Positions 1 to 12,765 are shown, numbered from the whole stretch's first letter. The stretch: 63,960 bases of DNA, filler included, from Octopus bimaculoides (GCF_001194135.2; 4 parts of 4 records of this genome joined end to end with filler, not necessarily neighbours in it); one strand, 5' to 3'. Notes: a model not told the origin generated them from the sequence alone. Program-made: numbers and translations.

Positions 1-101
1 AGTGGTCCCGCTAATTCTTGTTTACACGACTTTAAGAGGACAGCTGGGAAGCCATCGGGGTCAGTTGCCGAATTTGAGCTCATTTCGTTTTCACATTATG
101 G

Positions 102-146
<45 letters not shown>

Positions 147-339
147 TCACACACGCACACACATATAATATATAATATATGTGTATGCATATATATATTT
201 ATTCATGTATGTGTGTGTGTATATATATATATATATATTTAAATAATAAGGGTAAACAATTGAATATTAATTTGATTAATATCAATTTAAACCAGTGGCC
301 TAGCATACTGAAAAATCTGAAGATTCAGAAAAGTTATAT

Positions 340-629
340 TACATACATATAAGAGGGATGACCACTAAGTGAACATCCAATATACAAATTATCACGGTCA
401 CACTGATGAATTGCGGACATTTACGTATGTAATATGTAAGTGGTAACAATGAAATCCGGTATGCGACTAATCATTATATTTTGTATCTTTTCATTTTTCT
501 TGCTCGCTTACGTTCTGGTATTTGCTGAATTTTCTTGAGAACAATCTTTTCTTAGTGGTCAGACCATATGGGGTCTACATCTAGCATATTGGATGTCCGC
601 TTAGTGGTCATCCCGCTTATATGTACGTA
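340..629. mobile_element. MITE with ~44-bp terminal inverted repeats
   Basis: 340-383 tacatacatataagagggatgaccactaagtgaacatccaatat is the near reverse complement of 586-629 atattggatgtccgcttagtggtcatcccgcttatatgtacgta. No coding capacity between the arms. Confidence 0.75.
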
Positions 630-687
630 TATATACATATATGATTTCGTCAAAAGCATGCTGATAGAGGACAGTACGATGTCTGTA

Positions 688-1108
688 TACTCTTTACACT
701 TTTACTCTTTTACTTGTTTCAATCATTTGACTGCGGTCATGCTGGGGCACCGCCTTTAGTAGAGCAAATCGACCCCAAGACTTATTCTTTGGAAGCCTAG
801 TACTTATTCTATCAATCCCTTTTTTGCCGAACCGCTAAGTTACGTGGACGTAAACACACCACCATCGCTTGTCAAGCGATGTTGGGGAGGGGACAAACAC
901 AGACACACAAACATATACGCACACATGCATATACATATATATACATATATACGACAAGCTTCTTTCAGTTTCCGTCTACCAAATCCACTCACAAGGCTTT
1001 GGTGGGCCCGAGGCTATAGTAGAAGACACTTGTCCAAGGTGCCACGCAGTGGGAATGAACCCAGAACCATGTGGTTAGTAAGTAAGCTACTTACCACACA
1101 GCCACTCC
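688..1108 (-). mobile_element. tRNA-derived CORE-type SINE (family A), full length
   Basis: The minus strand reads a tRNA-like head (ggagtggctgtgtggtaag ... gggttcattccc), then a CORE-like ggcaccttggacaagtgtctt, an internal (CA/TA)n tract and a tail ggcggtgccccagcatgaccgcagtc...gaaacaagtaaaag. Recurs many times in the window. Confidence 0.85.
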
Positions 1109-1499
1109 ATAGATAGATAGATAGATACATAGATAGATAGATAGATGTTGTCATGTACATATATGTGTGCTTCTTCGCATATTATATTCGCTGTATCCCA
1201 GACGAGAAATGAAACCATTCACATGTAGATATGTTTACAGGCCTAAAATGTGTGCGTGTGTGTGTGTGCGGACGTGTGTGCCTGTGTGTGTGAGTTACAA
1301 TAATTTGTATTTGTAATTTTTGTCTTTATGAAAAACATGTGTATTGAAGTAAAGAATTCACAAAGAAAAGAATTTGGATATAGCACTAAATAGTTTCACC
1401 AGAAGTATTTATATAAAGAGAATAATATTAACACTACAAAATGAAAATACTACACAGTTTTCAGCCTCTTTAAGTGCTGCAGGTTAGGAAATAGTCATC

Positions 1500-1947
1500 A
1501 ATTTGTCAGCCTTCGTTTTCAGGCTGTTGTTACTGACTGCTCATTCACATAACTTACTGTTGGCCATTACAGACTTCAGCCATACTGGGGATCTACATTG
1601 AAGGGTCTATTAGATCAAATCCAGTACTATTTCTCATGTTTGGTTCTTACTCCATCGGTCTTTTGCTTCTTAAGGCGAAAGAAACAAGCCCACGTCGGTG
1701 AGAGACGAACATAAAAAAATCAGACGCACACAATTATACACATCACATAACACATATATATGCCGGATTTTCATGCAGTTTCCGTCTACTATGTTTTAAA
1801 CGCCGGTACTTATTTTTAAAGCCTCGTATTTAATCGGTTGCTTTCCCCGAGTCGCTAAAATAAGGGGATGTAAACAAATCATCATAGGTTATCAAGAGTT
1901 GTGAGGGCGAGCCAAAATAAACACTTGCACACGCACATACACATCTG

Positions 1948-1960
<13 letters not shown>
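1500..1960 (-). mobile_element. Degenerate family A SINE fragments
   Basis: Decayed matches to the family A tail and body (cagccatactggg, ggtacttattttt, gctaaaataaggggatgtaaac, ggttatcaag). Confidence 0.5.
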
Positions 1961-1983
<23 letters not shown>

Positions 1984-2441
1984 TATAATAAAACAGAAGA
2001 TGTGTGTGTATATGTGTAATGCCTTTTTCTTGATCCTCCTTAAAATCAAAATTTTTCATCCGATTTCGTTCTCGCTGGGAACATGCATCACTTATGTTCC
2101 GGAGATGGTCAGAGACTCTTCAAAATTTCCACATAATGAGTAATGCAACCCCTAGGGGACGAAAGCCCCTTCTCATAGATAAATAACAAATACCAACGAT
2201 CGTTGCTTCAAGGACCGTAACTCTTGATAACGTAGTTATGCTACTTTCACTTAGTCTTCTGCTACAGTTTTTACAATGCCCATTCACTGCAAACCGCCGA
2301 TATTTGTACATTAGCACTTCCTTGAGGTAGACATGAAAGTTAAATCAGGTTTTATGTTTTAAATGCCTTCAGAAATTAATCCATATTATATATATTCTCT
2401 GCTTTTACTCATGCAAGGCTGTGACAGTTATAGTTTTTACA

Positions 2442-2833
2442 ATGCCCGAACTTCACTTAAAAGTCGGTCGCCCTGTCATCCACCTACACAATCTAAACGC
2501 ACCCACATTATACAGTAGAACTTGCCTTGTGGTCAAACAAATGAAGGACCACGTCATTGAAGCACAAATAATCAAGGGACTTGCGTTAATCCCAGCAGAC
2601 TGCCCTACCGTATGCAGAGTCTTCAGTTCCCTCTCAAACTCAGCTTCGCCATGACAATTAACAAAGTACAAGGCCAATCGCTGAAAGTTGTAGGATTGGA
2701 TCTTTGAACGTTATGCTTTTCACATGAACAGTTCTACCTCGGTTGTTCCATAGCTGGCCACCAAGACAACTTATTCATCTATGCTCCTGGAGGAAACACC
2801 AACAATGTCGTCTGCAAAGCAGCCCTACAGTAG
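2442..2833 (+). pseudogene. Helitron RepHel C-terminal PIF1-type helicase fragment (frameshifted, internal stop)
   Basis: Translates as PELHLKVGRPVIHLHNLNAPTL...VIEAQII, then after a frameshift [41 protein letters not shown]...TNNVVCKAALQ*. These match the PIF1 motifs FAMTINKSQGQ and FSHGQLYV typical of Helitrons. Confidence 0.85.
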
Positions 2834-3481
2834 TTACTCCTCTACTGTGATCTTCACATCCATGCCAAACTGTAGCCGTTAGCAGTCAGCATTTTATTAA
2901 TATTTTGCTGCATTTCCGTGATTGCTGTTAACAGGACATTACCTTCAATGACCCTTCTTACTTCACGCACGCTGTTCCCTCATAAGCATGATTTGATGTC
3001 TATTTATTCTATTTGTGTGTTTGCTATAAATGTTTGCTTTTGCTTATCATAAAAAGCTTCAATGCGGTTCTATCAGGCATTACGAGTAAAATAGCTATAT
3101 GCTACAAAACGCTTCGGGTAAGATATAGGATCCCTAATGCCTACTGCAATTGCGATCTCATTCCATGGACTTTCATTTATTACTAACTGCCAAATTTGTG
3201 CTCAGAATACTTTGTTCGTTTCCTAGGTTGCTTAATACCATATAATAAAGTACTAACGAAATTGGTAATTATACATTTTACGTTTATCAACTTGAAATGA
3301 CTTCTAACTGCGGGCGAATTCAACTTAAATCATCCAATGCGCCATAATAAGGAATGTCCAAAGGACGAATGCGTTTGGTAGTGTANNNNNNNNNNNNNNN
3401 NNNNNNNNNNNNNNNNNNNNNNNNNNNNNNNNNNNNNNNNNNNNNNNNNNNNNNNNNNNNNNNNNNNNNNNNNNNNNNNNN

Positions 3482-3515
<34 letters not shown>

Positions 3516-4181
3516 TGTGTGAGAGAGAGAGAAAAGGTTGAGTTCTGTTTCATCCTTTACTTTGTGGGGTTTCAAAGGTCCATTTCTAATAAAGATTCTT
3601 CATATTACATTGGTAGCTTACTATTGTTAGAATTTTGCAAATATGAAAATGCTACAAGTATAAGGTGTGTAATGAATATTTATAGAACAAATATCCTATA
3701 GAAACTCAACAAACTATTAAAGATGGAGAAGAAAAGATGTTAAAAGTTACAAAAGAACTTAATCTATGCATAAGATCGTTTCAAAGAGCAATATTAGCAT
3801 ATAAATAACATTGTAGAAACATTAGTAATTAATTTAATTATAATTAAATTAGTTACATATTATTATTCTCCTCAGTGCGAAAGAAAGAATACATCAAAAA
3901 AATACATCAGAAAAATATATTGTTACAAAAAACTAAATGGCGTGAGTGTCACATAACATATTTGGATATAATAATATCCTTATGAGAGATAAAAGCATGC
4001 TAAGATAGTGTTGTCGAGTCTATTGTGTATGAACTAAAACTGATGCGGCGAACAGTTCTTTGAAAATATAAGTGAAATATGTTTAAGAAACATTCCTTCT
4101 ACATGAAAATAAGTAATTAAGTGATATACATTCCACGTAAAGCATTTATCATGAGAAGTAAAATATAATATAATAGAATAT

Positions 4182-4216
<35 letters not shown>

Positions 4217-4219
4217 GGT

Positions 4220-6656
4220 ATTAGTTAGAGGTGTTTAAAGCCTCTAAGGCTTGGTTAAATCCACAGGCGCTCCTGGTGATTAGCTGCGAAGGTAAGTCCT
4301 TGGTAAAGGTATACTGTAGCAGGTAATTCAATGGGTAAACCGTAGTTTCAATTATATGCAAGAAGAAAATGGATCCTAAATAGCGCCCTAATATTCGCCA
4401 AAAGTTATACTCAACTCTGAAAGAAATAAAGGTAATACTAGAAGCGAGGAAATCAGTTATAAGCTTTGATAATAAACTTTGGGTACGAAAAGACTCGCCT
4501 AAATCTTTTGATATCGCCATGGGAGCCCCAGATTCAGCACAAGTAACTGACCTGGTGGGCATTTACTTGCTATCATACTTGCTATCATACATAGAGGATG
4601 AATTCCCAGAACTCAACGGTTTGGGGACGACGCACTTTTTATAATAAATAGACGCTCAAATAGGAAACTAGAGCTTATCAAGAAAAACTACACAAATTCT
4701 TTAAAAGATTTGGACTATCTATTTCTATAGAAAAGGAACACAACTCTATTAACTAACTACTTAGACACAAACTACAACTTCGCCACGAACCCTATATAAA
4801 ACCCAACACTAACCTAAAATACATAAACGCATCCAGTAACTATCCGAACTTTATTAAGAGAGGTTTAGTACATAGCATTAGCAATAGAATATCACGCCTC
4901 TCTTTCAACCAACATATTTTTAATAAGCATAAGTATATCTATAATATCGCACTAGATAAAGCATGATTTAAACAAAAAATTAAATACCTAGACTCCGAAC
5001 ACTATTCAAGTAACATAAATAACAGAAATCCACACGATAATACCATTAACACTAACCACACGCCAAACGTCACTACAAACTACACCAATAATAAGAACAG
5101 CATAGATAAGCTCAACAAAAGTAATGGCAACAGAAACAATGTTAAGTCCCATACAAATCACCAATAATATTACAAACAACGACAACATGAATACCAATAA
5201 TGTGATAATCAATAAAATTAACAACAGTAACAAGACTAATAACACGGATTGTAAAAATAAGTTGAAAAATAATAATAGCTATAATAAGAATAATACAAAC
5301 CTATTCATCGATAAGAATAAAAATAAAGAACCCCAAAGAATAAAGATAAACTCTGTTAAAACCCATAACACCAGGTCATTGAGTCCACATAAACCATACA
5401 AAGATAGCCCCAATAAAACAGACAGGAGCAATAGGAAAGATAAACCCAACTATAGGAATAAACTCGATAGCCATAACTATAATTTCACACGCCTTACAAA
5501 TAATGAGCGTAGTTTCTATTACCAGACATAGCGATGCTAACAATAAACGTAATAGTGATAAGATCTGGCTCGTAATCCCTTTCGCCATACACCTCAAATC
5601 CAGTATAATTCGATGGTTAATGAAAATAGTAGATAAACACTTAAACGTAAATAATAAATACGCAGCAATTTTTAGGAATAAAATTATAGTAGGCCACAGC
5701 CTGACTAGTTACCTAGCTACCATCATAGCCTCGATTAATAACAAAAGACTAGACACATTCTATGAAGCTAGGAAGATTAGGAACAATAAATCTAACAACC
5801 AACAGACAAATAGAACAAATCCCACCACTAATGAAGCGCCTCCTAGTAACACAGACAAAGATCAGAGTAGTAATAGCCCCCCCCCCCCATAATATAACAC
5901 GAACACAGATATACCTAATAATTTATGTGGCTGCAGGGATAGAAGTAAGTGCCAATTCTCTAATAGATGTAAGACTAAAAACGTAGTTTGCCAATGTGAC
6001 GTACACAGAAAGAGCCATATAAAATCCTACATAGGAACCACGAAAAACGAAATAGTACTTCGCTACAACGCACAAAAATCTAACTTCAGAAATAGGAGTA
6101 AAGCAAAATGCAACAGAACTTAGTAGCCATATCTGGGATCTTAAGGACAAAAAAAAAAAGAATTTAGATTAGAATAGCGCAAAAACTATTTTGTACAACT
6201 GTATCAATAGACGGTGTGATCTCTGTTGAACCGAACGTCTAGAAATTCTAACGGCTAGACCGTCTCTTCTTAATAGAAAATATGAGATCAGAAGGTTTGT
6301 CTACATATAGTCCCCTTTGTCTTTTCCAAGTATCGGTAAACCAGCTTGACCGTGTATAAATCCTACGCTAGCTTCTTCATCTAAATAATACCATTTAGCC
6401 GGGAACCTCTTAAACTGCTTACACGCAAACATTCATCTCCCAAACCCCACTCGCTTTGTACACCTCATAATAAACTATTTTACACCTAAAGAGGGCGTCC
6501 TCCATTACTACGAAGTTCCTACAACTTTAAGTCCAAAAGACACATAAATACCTTACTCACCCCAGACTGAGTAATCCGGATAGAGTTAGCCCCCTTTTCA
6601 CCATGAGAGTTAGAGTTAACCCCTTTCTTTACGCCGCCGGTGAAAAGTCTAGCCAG
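4220..6656 (+). mobile_element. Penelope-like retroelement 1 (5'-truncated; RT, Asn-rich linker, C-terminal GIY-YIG; decayed)
   Basis: RT: TLKEIKVILEARKSVISFDNKLWVRKDSPKSFDIAMGAPDSAQVTDLVGIYLLS, catalytic gacgac (DDALF) at 4626-4631, thumb region KPNTNLKYINASSNYP. GIY-YIG: KSYIGTTKNEIVLRYNAQKSNFRN...HIWDLKDK at ~6020-6150. Many stops and frameshifts. Confidence 0.85.
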
Positions 6657-6785
6657 CTGACGAGTGACTATATTTTTGAATAGATGTAACTGTAGATCGA
6701 TTTGATTATTAATCGAATTATTAATCGAATTGATTTTAGTAGCTATCTATTTGAAAATATAGCCACGAAACGTCCGTAGTCATTT
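6657..6785 (+). ncRNA. Type I hammerhead ribozyme motif with ~100-nt stem II
   Basis: Core CTGACGA (6657-6663), stem II from gtgactatatttt (6664) to aaaatatagccac (6766), GAAAC (6767-6771), then gtccGTAGTC. Confidence 0.7.
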
Positions 6786-6981
6786 TATACCATTTATTCG
6801 TTATTCTTTTATGGATTTTATTGATTCTTTGAATAAGGTTTTTATGATATATTTATTTTCTGGAGGGTATGAATTACATTATTCTTTATTGAATTATTTA
6901 ATAGTGTTTTTTCTCTAAATTATATACATATATTTTATATTGTGAAATTTGATTTAGTATTGCTAAATTGAATTTTTCCCA
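6657..6981 (+). repeat. 5' pseudo-LTR of PLE 2
   Basis: 325 bp; about 22 substitutions versus 9947-10271 by manual count (~93% identity), no indels seen. Confidence 0.9.
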
Positions 6982-9942
6982 GTAAGTCTGGATTTTATTC
7001 CCTATTATTATTATATTTCTTTTTATAACTAACGTTTATCGATTGTATTTAACTCTGAATTTCCTTAGTTATGGAACTTACAGGTAAGATTGAACCGCTA
7101 TTTTGGAATTCATCTTCGAAGGATATTCCTATACCATCTAGAAAGGAATATATTTTGAAACTTATTAATAATATTAAAGGTTTTATTAATAGGATTAAAT
7201 GGAAAGCCTACTGCAATAATTGTAACATATCTAATATTAACGATATAGAGAATTCGAATTATATCAATTCAAAATTTAAATCTAGAAAGGAACCCCATAT
7301 AATAGGGATATACAGGTTTTAGAGGATAAGATTTGGAAGATGGTGAAGAACATTAAACTTCATAAATACCCAAATAGACATAATGAATATTTAAGAAATC
7401 TAGCTATTAGAATAAAAGAAATGCGTAATATGGAAGGAATTATAGTACAATCAGATAAAACTAGGAACCTGTATAAACTAGATGTTAAATTATATGATAA
7501 CCTATTAGAGAAATAAAGAAATATAAAATATAAAATTGTTCCAGAAAATACTCTTTATAATATAGATAAAGCCTCTAAATTAATTATGGTGAAATATAAG
7601 TTAGATAATCTGAACCTTATGTACCTATGCGCTCTAGAATTACTTTAAAAGACCATAAGGATCATTTTTATTCTGACCCAAAAGTTAGACTTATTTGTCC
7701 ATGTAAATCAAATCTAGGTAAATTAAGTAAAATCATTTGAGATAAATATATTAATAAATTAAAAGAAATTAATTACCTTAAACTTTGGAATAGTACTAAT
7801 GATACTTTAAAATGGTTTATTGATATTAAAGATAAAAATAGATATACATTCATACAGATAGATATAGATAATTATTATTCTTCGATTAATGAGATTGTAC
7901 TCAATAAGGCCCTAATTTATGCAATGAATAAAGTAGGTATGACTTATGATGAAGTTAATGAAGTAAAAACGACTAGAAAATCGTTGATTAGATATAATAA
8001 TAAATTGTGGGCTAGGAAGATACTAGGGACAATTTTGATATAGCAATGGGTCACTCGATTCTGCACAGGCAACTGATTTAATGGATATTTATTTATTATC
8101 AGAACTTCAATTAGAAAACTTAAATTTGGAGGGTGGTTTATATGGGAATGACTTTTATTAACAACCAAGGATTGCACCAATACTAATAGAACATTAGAAT
8201 TATATAAGAAGAAACTATATAGTTTTTTAAAAGATATGGATTAAGTATAACTATATATAATGAGATTTATAATGTTAATTACTTAGATGCTAATTTGAAT
8301 TTAATAACAGGTAAGACCCAACCATTCCATAAAATTAATGAAAACATTAGATATATTAATGCTAATAGTAATCATCCACCCTCGATTACGAAATCGTTGA
8401 CTGATAATATAGGTAAAAGAATATCGTTGCTTTCTTCTAATTTTGAGATTTTCAAAAAACACGCACCTTATTATAATAACGCCCTGGGGGAGGCAGGATA
8501 TAATAGTAATATTAAATTCTTTAATAACTGTAAATATAATTATAATATAAACGATTATAATTTCAATTATTCCTATGTCTTTTTTATAATATAATAAACC
8601 TAACATAAGTAATTATGATAAATTTTATTTAGATAATTATAGAATTAGTAATAGGGATTATGATAATACAAAATATAAATATAATAATAGTAGACTAAAA
8701 CTAAGATCAAATTTAATTCTTTTATTGATAATAATTAATTTTATAATATGAAAAATAAATTTGGCTAATTGTTCCTTATGGAGCTCAAGTTAAAACAAAA
8801 ATTATTAAAAAGATTTTAAATATAATTGAGGTATTCATTAGAGATAATAAAAACATAATAATATTTTCTTTAGTGATAATTTTGGAGTCGGTTACTCTAC
8901 TACTAATAATGTTGGTAATATTATTTCTTCTTTTAATAAATTTAAGCTGAATAAGTTTTACACAAACGAATCAAGTAATTATTCCAATAATAATAATACA
9001 GACCAGAACATCATTAATTGTACATGTAGAGATAAAAATAAATGTAAATTTAATAATAAAATTTAATAATAATTTCGACGATGTAGTATATAATTGTGTA
9101 GTGACTTTGCTTGATAATAATAGTATGAATGGTTATGATTTAAATACTCTTTATATAGGGTGGACTTGTAACAAAATTAAATTACGTGTGGCTCAACATA
9201 TGAATTCTTTTAAGAATAGTAATTTAATTAATTCTACTGGCCTTAGTATATATATGGAACTTAGTGTATATATGGGAACTAAAATCTAAAAATATATGTA
9301 CAATTTAAATTGGGAGATAGTTTGTAAGGCCAAATATTAGGTAGTGCTTTTTGTTTATTATGTACTAATGAATTTAAGGAGATACTATTCACTAATAATA
9401 AAAATTGTTTAATTCCCTAGATGAACGAAAACTTAAATGCAGACATAAGTTAAATTACTTATATAATCAGTTTAGTTGAGTTGTGTATTTATATGAACCC
9501 TAGTTTATGTTACTAATTGTTCTAGTTATGGTTTGTAGTAGTAGAATGTGTATAAATTTGCACCAAATTATAAAGGATATATTACATATTTAGAATAAGA
9601 TTAAAATAAGATGTTTATAAAATAAATAAATAAATAAATTAATTAATGCAAATAGATTGAATTATTGTAATTTAGCTTCATTATTTACGCCGTATTTTCA
9701 CGCGATATATTTCGGATAAACGTCAAATTCTACGTATTACTTTTAAAATTTACGTTTAAAATTTTAGTTTACAACAATTCTTCAAGAAGTTGTGTTTTTA
9801 TTTTAAGAAATATTGTTAAATGTTTTTCGATTATTTATTTATTTATTGTTAAATGAAGTATTTTTTTTAGATATTTAGTATAAGTTACAATACGTACATT
9901 GATTTTGTTATTATTTTATTATTATTATTTTTATTATATTTT

Positions 9943-10075
9943 AGATCTGACGAGTGACCATATCTTTGAATAGATTTAACAGTAGATCGATTTGATTATT
10001 AATCGTATTATTAATCGAATTGATTTTAGCAATAATCTATTTTAAAATATAGCCACGAAATGTGCGTAGTCATTT
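9943..10075 (+). ncRNA. Type I hammerhead ribozyme motif, second copy
   Basis: agat-CTGACGA-gtgac...gccac-GAAAT-gtgcGTAGTC-attt. Stem I is possible as agat/attt. Confidence 0.65.
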
Positions 10076-10271
10076 TATACTGTTTATTAGTTATTCTTTT
10101 ATGTATTTTATTGATTTTCTGAATAACGTTTTTATGATATATTTATTTTCTAGAGGGTATTAATTACATTATTCTTTATTGAATTATTTAATAGTGTTTT
10201 TTCTCTAAATTATATACATATATTTTATATTGTGAAATTTGATTTAGTAATGCTAAATTGAATTTTTCCCA
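9947..10271 (+). repeat. 3' pseudo-LTR of PLE 2
   Basis: Direct repeat of 6657-6981; both copies start with ctgacgagtgac and end with aatttttccca. Confidence 0.9.
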
Positions 10272-11259
10272 CTTTGACACTTATTTATACAAATATATCC
10301 ATTCATACCGATATCGGCATGCATTGCACACACACCTAGGTACTCCTAGATTTCTACGCATCTATATACGCACATATTGACATATCACGGTGTTCAGAGT
10401 ATGGTGTTTATTACTGTATTGGAGTACTCCATTTGGGCTATTTATGGTTGTGGGGTGTTCCTGCTGTAATAGTTGGATGTGGATTTTTGGCATGTTTGCA
10501 GCGTGCAATCCTTTCGGATAATTTGGTGATTAGTCTCTCTCTAGTTAATAGAATGAACAAAGGTGCTTCAGAGCACAACCCACACCTCCTGTGCAGAGGG
10601 TTGAATGGTTGTGCATGTGTCTTATAAGTGCTCAGGACAGTTAATAATTCATGTTGTCTGATATCAATTTCCACAGGATATCTGCCAGAAATGTTGCATG
10701 ACTTTTAGTTACATTTTTGAAGCTTGATACCTTAATACAAGAAAATGTCAGGTCACTTCGCAGTACTATTGGTAACATGTAACCTAGTAAAACCTGTTGC
10801 ATTGTTGGATCGTCGGCGACTAAACTGGCAACTTTTGTTGATGAGGATGATTTGGACAACCAGCGGCACTAAAAACAATCCGACAGAAGAACTCATGAGG
10901 GTCAATGGCCATCCATTAATGTGTACATATGTCTATGTTAGACCAATCCCAGTTGGTGACATGTGGCATCACCCAAAGGCGGAGATAAACAAACCCATCA
11001 TCCGGCCAACCGCTGCAGTATGACACTGATGCCAGCAGGTCTTGGTCTGACCTTGCCCGCTGGACAACATTCATTGTACCTAGAGAGTGATACTAGCCAA
11101 TTGTAAAAGCTTATTTTACTTCATGACTTAGCAAGCAGTTGTATGATAAATGAAATGACAAATGTAAAAGATTCTCATACCGACCCAGACGTCACCCGGA
11201 TAAACAAGGTCTTCGCTGATTTGCTCGCGTTCCGGCGGCCACTGAAGTGTAAGATAGGA

Positions 11260-11830
11260 TGCAGGAAAAGAACAAATATTGTCAAATGGGATGTTAGAAC
11301 ACTACTTGATGATACCAGAGCTCAAAGATCTGAGCGTCAGACTGCCCTAGTTGCAAAGGAATTTGTGAGATACAACATCGACCGCTTTGTGTGAAGCACG
11401 ATTTCTTGAATATGACAGCATAGTAGACCACGGTTACGCATACTTCTGAGGTTGTATATATAACTAGAAAATATATTTAAATGAATGTTTCTACCTAATG
11501 ATAGATTTGTATGCGATTACACTCATTGGGTAAATTGTACAAAACTGGATTAATTGAGACTCTGCTCAATTTGCAGAACAGAAAACTCTCTGATGCACAA
11601 AATTTCCAACTATTCATACCAATACTATTTTTTTTTTTTAGTTTATCTTTCATGTAATCACTATGCCTCATCCTTGGGTTACATTGCAGACGCTTTCTTT
11701 GTTTCAGCTCACCTTACATAAGACGATGCATCAGGAAAGTTGAAAAGACACTGCGATCAGAATGGAATTTCAAAGCCAGCTCCAAAATTGAAGTGTACAA
11801 AGAATGCATGCTTATAACTTTGGTATACTC
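11260..11830 (+). mobile_element. RTE-clade LINE fragments (APE N-terminus and late RT segment, large internal loss)
   Basis: NIVKWDVRTLLDD...SERQTALVAKEFVRYNID resembles the RTE APE start WNVRTLLD..PERRTALVARELARYNID. At ~11780-11830, SSKIEVYKECMLITLVYS resembles RTE TKIAVYKACVLTTLLYG. Confidence 0.7.
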
Positions 11831-12721
11831 AATGCTTAGTAAAAAATAAAGGTGTTGGTGTTTATCTCCAAAGTCTTATTCATTATCATCAAAGTATATT
11901 AAAATAACAAACCGTATGCAGATCACACACTATGTTCGTGTTCACGGTACTCTTTAAGAGGTTGTCTTAAAGAATTCAATGGACAGATATGATGTGGGTA
12001 TTAGCTATACCATATAAGAAAATCATAGGACACGTTCTAATAATAGCCGGCATAATCTTTGAGAATTCTGCAAGTTTGCAGACAGTCTTAATAGGAAGAT
12101 GATGAAGTCCAAAAATGAAGAAACGTTTTTCAATTGAAAAGCATATTCAGCTAAAAATGACTTATGTGTTGGGAGGAGCAAAGAAATTTTTATATCTCTG
12201 CAGCAAGTGATGAGTGTGATAAAAAAAATCTTGTCCAAGAAAAACCCTAAATATACGAAACAATAAAAACTGCAAGATATGTTTCGGAGGATTAACAAGA
12301 AATTCCAGTAATATGCTATCAGTCTCCAAAATCTGATTTCTAGCACCTCCTGCTCAGCTTCAGATATAGCAGATGATGACTCATATAAAAACACGAATGT
12401 AGATTGGCTGACACAAGATTGCATACAGAAACAGAAATAAATTTCGAGGGTTGAATTGCAGTAAATTCCAAAGTAAATAAATTATTTCCTTTTTCATAAG
12501 CGTTTTATATGTTACAAGTTCCAACAGCCTGTTTTCCCTTGTTTACTTTTTTTTGCCTCAGTGCAAAACTAGCGCATTGTTATAAAATTTATGTAACTTG
12601 TATCACCGTTATGTACAAGAATTATTTTAATACAGTTCTATATTTAAGAGATGAGGAATTATGTACATTATTTACATTATTTACATCTGACGGATATTTG
12701 TCCTCATCTTGTTTGTTGTTA

Positions 12722-12765
12722 ACACAACGTTTCGGCTGATATACCCTCCAGCCTTCATCAGGTGT
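12722..12765 (-). ncRNA. Minimal type I hammerhead ribozyme, inverted copy
   Basis: Exact reverse complement of 13546-13589. Confidence 0.85.

Larger units (their letters stand above)
6657..10271 (+). mobile_element. Penelope-like retroelement 2, near full length, flanked by 325-bp direct pseudo-LTRs
   Basis: The ORF remnant starts at 7071 (MELTGKIEPLFWNSSSKDIPIPSRKEYILKLI...KWKAY), with QSDKTRNLY, IDIDNYYSSI, AMG.LDSAQATDLMDIYLL, a degenerate catalytic YGND at 8141-8152, YINANSNHPPSITKSL and GIY-YIG LYIGWTCNKIKLRVAQHMNSFKN to ~9460. Direct repeats at 6657-6981 and 9947-10271. Confidence 0.9.

Noticed and set aside
2125-2170. Hammerhead-like ataatgag...cccctaggggacgaaag
   Set aside because: The core lacks CUG, there is no UH cleavage triplet and no stem I pairing.
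5006-5892. Asn-rich ORFs at 5124-5531 and 5503-5892 as independent genes
   Set aside because: They lie between the RT and GIY-YIG of PLE 1 and are its frameshifted linker.
10300-11000. GC-richer block as a LINE or integrase fragment
   Set aside because: No convincing motif in six frames; it may be an RTE 5' UTR or other TE debris.
12023-12424. 133-aa minus ORF, or the opposite strand as a Crypton/DUF3504 remnant
   Set aside because: I could not identify any tyrosine-recombinase catalytic motif, and the plus frame has stops.
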